From Lepidodermella squamata (lineage: Eukaryota > Animalia > Gastrotricha): a DNA stretch of 64,000 bases. The stretch's first letter is position 1. Every line of letters starts with the position of its first letter. The position numbers were made by a program, and so were the translations under genes. Below, one piece after another: positions 24,608 through 34,510 of this stretch. The DNA lies in assembly GCA_047495785.1 (NCBI GenBank), contig JBLDXI010000043.1, forward strand, positions 372,001 to 436,000. The letters run 5' to 3'. The notes under the pieces were generated by a model. That model made no database searches. It was not told the origin of the DNA and was given only the letters and a program-made list of their open reading frames with translations.

Positions 24608-27230
24608 CCCTTTAGCTACCAGCAAGTTGTAACAAGTGGTAGCGGTGTTTGCTATCCGCTATCGGCTAGCTGCTTTGGATATTTTTTTCCAGGTTTTTTC
24701 TTAAACCACCTATTGACCCTGCCTGGAGGACCATCCTCGTCGATTGGCGGCGCATTCGCGTCGATTACGTAACAATGGCGCAATTTCGCGTGCGCGCATG
24801 TAGTTGATTACTGATTAACCCGTGACGTCGATGTGGTAATACATCTGGTTTACGGGTTTACACGAGCAATAATTGCACATCCTCACGCGAAATGCGGATA
24901 CACGATATACAATTGGCCCGAGTTTATACGTACTTCAATTTTCGGTCATTTTTCATGCGTAAAATTATAAAAACAAATTGGAAGTGGTCGGGAATGTGCC
25001 TCAGTGATGAGATAACAATGATTTCTGTTTTGACGCATAAAAAGAAGAAGAAGTCTAAATCGAACAAGGCCAACTATCGACCCGTGGGTATGGGTGAACA
25101 CGTAGGCAAAGTCCTGGAGAGAATACTTGCTGAACTAGTCGTAAAAACCGCGATAGCTAACGGAGTAATACCTCCAGAACAAGCCGCCTTCCTGTCAGGC
25201 TGCGGCACAACCGATACCCAACTGTCCGTGGTAATCGACATCATCTCCGCGATAAACGACAGAAAAGATTTCATCCTCCGCCAAACTGATGTTAGTGGGG
25301 CGTTCGACAGAGTGGACAGATCTCTTCTTCTCGACATTCTTTGGAAATCGGGCATACAGGGACAAGTTCACGCTATGATCCGATCATTCCTGACAGACAG
25401 ATACTTCCGTGTCTTGGTGGCCGGGGCGTCGTCGAGCCTTCGATCTGAAGATGCAGGTATCTGCCAAGGTAGTGCACTGGGGCCATCCCTCTGGCTTGTC
25501 TGGTATAGCGGAATCAGCCGATCGGTGTCCAAAATCGTCGACCAGCCCAATTACCACCCACCTGAGCCGTACACCTTCGCCGATGACTTCAACCTGGGAA
25601 GCACGAACCAATCAGATGTCGACATTGGAGAAGAGAAGGCTATGCAGTGGGCGAGAGCTCACAGAGTCTCGATGGACCCGAAGAAGAGGATAGATACAAG
25701 GTTCTCTTATCCACGTTTCAACTGTGGAAGAAGAAGACTGAATGAAGATAGCTCGCTTGAAAGCACCAACCCCTCGAAAGCGGAAACGGCCACTACAACG
25801 CTACTGGGCCTAGTACTCGACACCGGTCTATCAATGGAGGAATGCATGACCAAGAAGATCGATCAGGCCAACAGGGCAATCACGCAGCTCCTAAGACTGA
25901 GACCTTACTTATCGACACGCCAGCTCGAAAATGCTTACAAGACCTACGTTCTACCATACCTCGAATTCGCCATGGTACCATATACATTCGCGGCGTCGGC
26001 TAGCACCTTGGAGAAACTCGATGCAGTTCAAAACAGATTTGTTAAGATGACGGAAGCCAAATTGACACCGCTGGGCCATCGCAGATTCGTCGGGGTCATG
26101 ACGTATCTCTACAAAACTATGGTAGCAGGTCGGGGGACGAAACAAGTCCGCTCGAAATTTATAAAAATCCCGAAGCCGAATACAAGAACGAGGGCAGCGA
26201 GCGAGAAACACCACCATCAACTACAGCTCGCAAAATCGTCGAAGAACAGGGTCGACACGGCACCCTTTCGAAGGATGCAAGAGATCGTCAATCAATGGAA
26301 CGACCTACCACGCGATACCTTCCCTGACACCGTCAACATCACAATATTTAAAGAAAAGATGAACGTCCTAGGGCGTCGGCTATAAGCCTACTAATGATAA
26401 CTGTGTGCGCCTGAATTTTTTCGTAAATAAAAAAAAAAAAAACACAGAAATATTGTTGTTCACATCTCCTAACATTGAAACGTGGTGGCTATAAAAAATA
26501 AAAAGCTCGCATTTAGTGAAGTAGCTTATCGAGCGCAGTCGATTTTCCTGATTAGTTTTCAGCATCAGTCATGTGATACCTTGCGATGCCGACGGCTGTC
26601 TTCCTTGACCCTTGATCGCCAATAAAATTGCGGCCGTTTTTACTGGTTTCGTTTTCGTGTTTTACAGGTTATCCGAAGGTGTTCTATGCCAGAAAATTGC
26701 CCTTTTACGGACATTGCTGAACAAGCGCTTACTTCTGGGCGATGAACAAAATCGAAGCGAAATGCACGAATTTGTCCTCACATGCGATTCGATTTTTGTC
26801 TTTTTTTATGCTTCCCGATCATATTTTATTGATTGCTGCAAATAAAAAATTCGATAGGTTTATTAGAAACAGGAAACAGATGTAGGCCTAGAAAATAAAC
26901 TAAACTTACCCTTTTTGTTGTCAAATAACAAGGGGCTGCTGCTAAGGTGTCTTAGATCCAGATATCATTTGATTAATTTTTTAAATAACCCCCCCATTTA
27001 CCATAACGCGTAAACTCGTATAACCATACGTGTTGACCCGGCAGCGATTTTCACGTGTTAACGCGGGGTTTTCACGAAAAAATATCAGTCTTGCAATTGA
27101 TCAAGATTTTATTCACACACTACGTATTATACACCCCAATGATACGTGTAAACACATTTTTCGCCGAAAAAACTGTAACGTGTATATACATTCGGTCGAA
27201 CATGTAAGTAGTTGCCTGGTAGCTAAAGGG
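24608..27230. mobile_element. Non-autonomous piggyBac element hosting a nested LINE
   Basis: TTAA-CCCTTTAGCTACCAG ... CTGGTAGCTAAAGGG-TTAA: perfect 15-bp TIRs and TTAA TSD. Confidence 0.9.
25030..26442 (+). mobile_element. 5'-truncated non-LTR retrotransposon (CR1/L2/Jockey-group RT) with poly(A) tail
   Basis: NYRPV, GKVLER, EQAAF, DVSGAFDRV, QGSALGP, FADD and LLGL motifs; A-tract at 26429-26442. Confidence 0.92.
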
Positions 27231-27916
27231 TTAATGGTTGTTATCAAATGTGCTATACTTATAGCAGGTGTATTTAGTATATACCTTAAGTACTGCTATG
27301 CGACATCTGAGGATAGCCTCGATATTTTTATATTCGTATCTTAATCTGATTAATCTCAAATAAGTACAGGGGGAGGGGTACCTGTCTTCCAGGCCCCAAA
27401 AATCCACAGAGGAACCTTCGGTCAGAAAAATACCTACATCATGTGCCCCCACCTCGAGGTTCCTACGTCCTCCACTGATCGTGTGAAGTTCCACAGGAGT
27501 CATTAGCAATAACGCCTGTGCAACTACCAGCAACATAAGTGCAATCGAATACACTATACCAACGTTGTTCTTTCCACAGACGTTTGTTATTTGATGTCGT
27601 CTGACAAGCCCAATAAGGCAGAGCAGAGCGACGGCGCGAAGCTTTCTGGAGTTTCGAAAAGCGATGGTAATCAACTCGCGGGAGAGTTAGCAGCGAACCT
27701 GCCGGTGCATGGATCTGACCAGGTCGAAGAGGCTAATCGGTCAAACAACTTCGGCGTTGATTTGGACGCGGGATTTTCATCTATCGTCAATCCAGCTGAA
27801 CGGAGCGTCGACTTTGCAGCAATATCCCTTTCAAGTTGTGGAAGTGCAAACATGGATGTTTCATGCGCGGCGATTCCTCCGAGGAAGTAAGGGATTAAAC
27901 TAAATTTGTCTATATC

Positions 27917-28230
27917 AGTGCTTCTCAACTTTTTTCCGAAGTGGGCCATTTTCTAACTCATTTTCCATTCCTGCGGGCCGCATGCCAGGATTTTTGTTTG
28001 GGTTCGAAAAATGTGCTCTTGCGGCCTAAAAAATACTTGAAAAAAACAAATTGCTGACGCTTTTTAGGGCATTTTCAACTTAGCATGGGCTTAAAATGCA
28101 CTGGAGGATTTATAGGAACCGTGTAGTTGGACTTCCGGGCATCACTTGGACCTTGAAGCTATTCAAAAATGATTGATAACAAGGCTTGCGGGCCGCAACT
28201 AATATGTACAAGTTACCTAGTTGAGTGCCG
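27917..28230. mobile_element. Decayed hAT-like non-autonomous element
   Basis: Starts CAGTGCTTCTCAAC (hAT/Charlie-like end) and contains repeated GCGGGCCGCA motifs; the right end is degenerate. Confidence 0.45.
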
Positions 28231-28378
28231 GGCCGGTCTATATAATATCAAATTGCCACAGGGGAAAGGAAGAGATAGGAATACATGTAGGTATTATTTT
28301 ATCCGCGTATGAGAATCTCTGTTTCTATGGAATTCAATATGTATTCTCAAACTCAAATCCTCTCCGAATAGAACGACC

Positions 28379-31300
28379 CAGAAGTTTAAATCCTTTGCTG
28401 AATTTACCAAAGTCGCATGCCTGGGCAGTGGCTCCTACGGATCCGTTTGGCACTGCGAAGCTGATTTTGCTGACTACGCTGTTAAGGTGGTCAATCTCAG
28501 CGCAATTCGACGAAAGTATCGAAATAATACAAATATGGCTGAGAGACTAGTCAAATTAGGCCGCAGTGAGGTTTCTGGTTAAATCGTGAAACGATATTTT
28601 ATGAATGCCCGTTATGTTCATCAGCATGTCAAACTGCTGGATTTGAGGCACGCAAATATAGTCTATGTTTACGACGCATTTGAAGGTCTGGTAAAACTCG
28701 CATCCCACTTCCAATATCATATTAAATCTTCAAATCATTTCAGAACCTTTGTTTCAAATTGATGATACGAACCAACATGAGTTACCATGGCTATTGACTG
28801 ATGAGATGTACTACCTCGTCATGGAATTTTGTCCTGGCGGAGATTTAGAAGCATACATCAAACGATCTAAGGAGGCAAACGAGCCCATTCCAGAAGATTT
28901 GATTCGCGATTGGGCTCGGCAACTTGTTTCGGCCATAATGTGTCTGCAAAAATGTTCTGCACTTCATCGCGATATAAAGCCGAAGAATATTTTCCTTTCA
29001 GCCGATAAAAAAACTGTTAAGCTTGGAGATTTTGGATTCGCCAAAATCTACAAAGGGTTAGCATCTTCTACTGTGGTGCGGGGAGGTTGATAGCTACCGT
29101 CTTCTTTTTCAGATCACATAGCGGTACAACCCTTGGACTAGGAACCCCTATCTATTCCGCGCCTGAAATCTTCAACAATGAGCAGCACTCGCCAGCCAGT
29201 GATTGGTGGTCTCTTGGAGTCACGCTGTTTGAGCTGGCTAATTATCGCCTACCCGTAAATAATATTCTATTAGTTATTAAATGTTATTATAGTTATCGTC
29301 CGGTGGTACAAAAATTATCAATAACAATGTTATTGTACTGGGCAAAATACAAATAACAGGCGTTTAAGGTGGATTTTTTAAATTTTATTGGTCAAATTGC
29401 CCAACTCGACCATTCACCCCTGACTGTACTAGCCAAAAGAACACGCATGTTTCTTATTTCTTAAATAATAAATAAGGAAAAACCAGGCAATTTTTGCTCT
29501 ACGAGATTCAAATCATCATTGCAGTATCATTACTTTATTGCAGTTATTGAAATTTTCAAAATTTTCAAAACGTATGGCATGTGACAAAGGTCCACAGGAG
29601 GGCGGAACTGAAAGAGGGTGACGAATTCATCGACATTTCTGTTCGACTACTAGCTTGCATTGTTGATTGCTCTCGTTGGGATCGTCCAAAGGCTGCTCCT
29701 TCTCCGAACTAGGAGAAGCATGGGCGAGGCGCTCCACCAGCTTCAACATTCGGTAATTGGAAAGAGCACTTATTGACGCATCGCCCTTTCACCAAAGCAT
29801 CGATTGAATGCTCGCCCAACTTCACCCGCTTGTAGAGCGCTCTTTTGATCGCAGTTCGCAGTTCGCAGTTCGGAATTGAACTTCCTCCAGAAAACCGATT
29901 GTTAGGCGCGGATAGCGTTGTAGTCCGGCAGGAAGACCAGCAACAAGACACAATCGACTTGCCAGAACAGCGTACGCGCTTGGTCCGCATCTTCATATCT
30001 TCATCTTCTTCTTCAGCTTCGAAGCCATGGGTTCCAATGAGGCGGGGATAAGCATAAGCAATTTTCCGTTAAAGGAACCGCAAAACTGTTGCGTGAATTA
30101 AATCGCGGTATCGAAAAATGAATAAATTGCAATGATTTTAGCAAAACGTTATTGGAAATTGGAAATATTAGGGTGGATTTTTTAATTTCTGAAAATAACG
30201 CCTGTTATCTAGCTATCCTACCCGGTCCGGCTCGTTTTGTCCCACCGAACGATATTGGCCGCGAGCCGGACGCCTCTCGGCCAATATCGGAGTACAATAA
30301 CTGCGTTATGTACTCCTTCGAATCCAATTTATACTATTATTATAGTTATTAAAAGTATTTTACTTCTTCCAGTTCAAAACAACACACGAGATCATTTTGT
30401 AAGTCCAAGACATTTTACTGCTAGCCCTCAACCAGTTGGCTGCTAGGAACCTTGGCATAGTGCAAAACTATTTAATATAACTCTCTCGTATTCAGGGGCT
30501 CGACGCAGCCGAAATTTGATGGTGACCCTCGATTGTCACCAGATTTTCGTGAATTCGTGCTGTCTATGTTACGAAAAGAGAAATCAAGACGTGCTACAGC
30601 TGACGTTTTGGTGGAAAGCTCTTTTTTAACGCTACAACCGGGGGCCAGACGCGTAAATATGTCAGTCCCAACGAGCGATTCCACAGTTGTACTCGATCCA
30701 GGAGCGGCTTTGAAGGCAAGATCGCGTACAATGCAGTACAACAATCAGAATTCTATTATTATTACTTAGGTGTTATTTAAATACTCAAGGCGACGAAACA
30801 TGTTGCCCGAAATTGCGAAGTTGCTGGAGGATGGGCGACTGAATTTGGACGTGAACAGTCGGAACGACGACGGCCTAACGCCACTGATGATTGCAGCACA
30901 AGAAGGATTCGATGAGTTTATGAAGCCATTAGTTAAAGCGTATGGAGCCAACGTTGAGTTAGTGGACGATCAAGGCAGAACAGCAGTGTACATAGCTGCT
31001 AAAAACGGGCATTTCAAAGTTGTGCGAATTCTTGCCAGAGATCTAAGGGCTAATGTCGAAACAGCTGAGAACAGCGGAGCGACACCGTTGTGGATCGCTG
31101 CTCAGAATGGTCACTTGGAAATCGTGAAGCTTCTCGTTGAAGACTTCAAAGCCGATGTGAACGCAGCGGCGGATGATGGTGCTACGCCGTTATACATCGC
31201 TGCTCAGAACGGTCACTTGGAAATTGTGAAGCTTCTCGCTGGAGACTTTAACGCCGATGTGAATGCAGCAAGGAATGATGGTGTTACGCCGTTATTTATG

Positions 31301-31963
31301 GCTGCTCAGGAGGGTCACTTGGAAATTGTGAAGCTTCTCGCTGGAGACTTCAACGCCGATGTGAATACAGCAAGGAATGATGGTGTTACGCCGTTATTTA
31401 TGGCTGCTCAGAAACGTCACCTGGAAATTGTGAAGCTTCTAGCTGGAGATTTCAACGCCGATGTGAACGCAGCGGCGGATGATGGTGTTACGCCGTTATA
31501 CATGACTGCTCAGAATGGTTACTTGGGAATTGTGAAACTTCTCGCTGGAGACTACAAAGCCGATGTGAATTCTGCGACAAAAGATGGTGTTACGCCGTTA
31601 TGGATCGCTGCTCAGAATGGTCACTTGGAAATTGTGAAGCTTCTCGTTGGAGACTTCAAAGCCGATGTGAACGCAGCGGCGGATGATGGTGCTACGCCGT
31701 TATTTATGGCTGCTCAGAACGGTCACTTGGAAATTTTGAAGCTTCTCGCTGGAGACTTCAACGCCGATGTGAATTTAGCAAGGAATGATGGTGTTACGCC
31801 GTTATTTATGGCTGCTCAGGAGGGTCACTTGGAAATCGTGAAGCTTCTAGCTGGAGAGTTCAACGCCGACATGAATACAGCAAGGAATGATGGGGTTACG
31901 CCGTTATTTATGGCTACTCAGAAACGTCACCTGGAAATTGTGAAGCTTCTAGCTGGAGATTGA
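28379..31963 (+). CDS. Kinase-ankyrin family copy C: NEK-like kinase plus 11 ankyrin repeats. Exons ~28379-28570, 28625-28685, 28744-29056, 29113-29254, 30373-30398, 30496-30715, 30770-31963; start codon not found
   Basis: GSGSYG, YAVK, HRDIKPKNIFL, KLGDFG, GTPIYSAPE and SDWWSLG are present. All six introns are at the same positions and phases as in copy B. Confidence 0.85.
29297..30337. mobile_element. About 1-kb insertion in intron 4 of copy C
   Basis: The homologous intron in copy B is 55 nt. Flanking direct repeat TATTATAGTTAT at 29285-29296 / 30338-30349, and mirrored ATAACAGGCGTT and TTATTGTACT motifs near the ends. Confidence 0.6.
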
Positions 31964-32065
31964 ACTGCGAGCCGACTGTCAAGCTGTAACGATTGGTGTT
32001 ACGGCGGCATCCCGGTCATGACTAATAAGATGAATAACCAAAGCTGTGATCTAGGACTTGTGATG

Positions 32066-34510
32066 TTTATTTATTTATTTATTTATCGAGCATAATCCCA
32101 ATGTTGAGAGCTCTACGTGGAAAAAGGTGCATGTAAAAAAACAAATCGTGCAGAGAGGCGTTGTCAGATCAGGCAGTGTCGGGAAGTCAAAACAAGTAAA
32201 ATAGTTAACAATTAAGTAAAACAATTAAGTAGATGGTTATATACAAGTTGGCGACAGTCATTGGCGGTATAGCAGGCTTTTACGCGGCATTCGCAGTTCG
32301 GCAGGGTACCATCCTACTCGAGTATTTCAATCGTTTTGTGTTGGCGGCAGTGAAAGTAAACAGGTAAAGAGTTAAAAAGCACTGGTCCTCGATAGCTGAG
32401 GCGGGCTAGACCGTAATCAATTCGGGCTTTAGGCACCTCGAAGGTAAGTCGGGAGCTTCGTAATTGCCGAGCAGGCTGTTTTTTCGTGAACAAGTGGGTA
32501 ATTGCGTCTGGTGCTTCTCCGGTGAAGCATATCTGAACATCATTGTTGCCAGATGAACGTCGCGTTTTCCTTGAAGATCTAACCATCCGAGTTGTTTTCG
32601 CAATGGCGCAGCTGCGGCGTCTTGTAGCGCGTTCATGATGATTCTCACGGCTCGATCTTGAAGCTTTTGCATTCGTTCCAGTGAGGTTTTACACGCTTCG
32701 CCAAGTACTGTGTCGCAGTATTGTAGATGGGAAAACACGAGTCCATTTGCCATAGCCTTGAGGCATGAGCGATTTAAACCATTTTTTGAGGCGAGTTGAA
32801 GAGCGAATAGACCTTTGCGTGCTTTACGGCATGCGCTATCGATTTGTTCGCGATGAAGAAGCTTGTTGTCAAAAGAGAATCCTAGAAGGCGTAGTGACTT
32901 TGTTTCTTCTATCTCGCTATTTTCGATCCTTATCGTGATTTTTCGGTCGGAGTGGCTAAGAGATAAAACCATTAATTGAGATTTTTTCGGATTAACTTTT
33001 AGGCTATTTGATCTCAGCCAGCCAGTTACTAGGTCCACGTCATGTTGTAGGGTTTTCTCAATTTCGGCAGCGTTTTTCGATGAAAAGTATAGGGTTGTAT
33101 CATCAGCGTATTGCACGATAGTTGATTTCAGAGACACGGACGACAGTTCGTTTACGTAAATGGGGAAAAGCAGTGGGCCCAGGACTGAGCCTTGTGGCAC
33201 TCCGTAGTTCACTTCGATAGATGAAGATCGCTGGTTATTGATGACCGTTGTTTGCTTCCCGCTGTAGACGTAGCTAGTGAACAGATCGATCACGTTTTCA
33301 TCGAATCCGGCACTTCTCAATGAAGAGAGAACACCGACTGGGTTGAGAGTATCAAATGCTTTTGACATGTCGATGCTGATGACGGCAGTGGTTAGTCCGT
33401 CGTCGATGGCTTTGTGCCAATCGTCGGACATTTTTGCAAGGCATGTTTCTGTCGAGTGGAACCGCCGGAATCCGAATTGCGCGGTGGACAAGAATTTCGA
33501 TTGGTGGAGGTGCTGCTTCATTTGTATTGCTACGCAACGCTCGAAGGTTCGGAGAAGTGGCGAGAGGATCGAGATTGGGCGATAGTTGCTTAGCATTTCC
33601 TTGTCGCCTTCTTTGAAAATAGGTATGATCGTCGAGGTTTTCCAGATGTCTGGTATTGTCCTTTCACTTAGAACCTTGTTGAAAATTGCGCATACGTGAG
33701 GCGCTAACAAGTCTGCAGCCGCTTTAAGCACACACTCCGGTACTCCATCCGCCGCTGTTGTAGGTTTTGTCCGAGATAATTCGTTGAGGCAGTGTCTGGT
33801 GATTTCAACAGAAAACGGCTTTAGGCTAAATTTATAATCCGAAGTCACTTTCCTTTCAGCTGATTGAGCGCTTGATATGGATTCGGCTGTTTTCAGGCCG
33901 GGGCTTGCGAAGTATTCGTTGAAATCTGAGGCTTTTTGTAGCGACTTTTCGGTATCGAGGTGACTGAAATTCGATGTCCGTACTCGTTTTGGCCGAAAGT
34001 TCTCGATATTCGCCACATTTTACCGCTATCGCGCTTGGCTTCTGCGACTTGCCAACGGTAGCGCGCTCTTCGGGCCTTACGTTGATGCCGCTGGTCGATT
34101 CGTAGCTTCTCGCGGGCTCGAAGCATCTCATCGATGTTTCGTTCCACTCGTTCACCGGGCTTCTTGTTGCGTTTGAATTGTTTTTCAGGCACGACTTCCT
34201 CCGTTGCTTCGATGATGGCTTGATTTTTGATTTAACGCACCTAGTAGTTTTTTGGGCGTTTAAATTAGGGACAGGGAAAACTAGACGCTTTCTTAGTGCG
34301 TTAGTGAGTCGATTCACATTCATTTTCTGGAAATCCTTGCCTGTGGTTGGCTGTTGAGAGATAGATATCGGTGCTGATGCGTCCATTTCGATGACCATGG
34401 CGCAGCCGTGGTGATCGCTTACGCCCTCAGTTGAACCAGCGACAATGACGCGTTGAGCTGAGAAAGTAGTCCAAAAGTAGTCCAACATTGTTAATGATTC
34501 GGGTCTGGTA
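32066..34510 (-). mobile_element. L2/CR1-group LINE, 3' part (end of endonuclease plus RT), frameshifted, with (TAAA)n tail
   Basis: NYRPISIL, QFGFR, DMSKAFD, GVPQGSVLGP, YADD and LRLLG motifs; endonuclease motifs TRP..MLDYF and SDH; TTTA repeats at 32066-32086. Confidence 0.93.

Noticed and set aside
24892-25030. N-terminal part of the 497-aa ORF as a real protein start
   Set aside because: Chance read-in from piggyBac sequence upstream of the 5'-truncated LINE.
27231-27949. Overlapping 90-150 aa ORFs
   Set aside because: No recognisable motifs or splice structure; probably repeat-derived.
703-31963. Ankyrin arrays as bacterial/endosymbiont (Wolbachia-type) genes or contamination
   Set aside because: They are joined by spliceosomal introns to eukaryotic kinase exons and sit among animal genes and eukaryotic TEs.
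18659-34016. Reverse transcriptases as part of a diversity-generating retroelement acting on the ankyrin arrays
   Set aside because: All three RTs are ordinary truncated non-LTR elements. No template/variable repeat pair with adenine-specific changes was seen.
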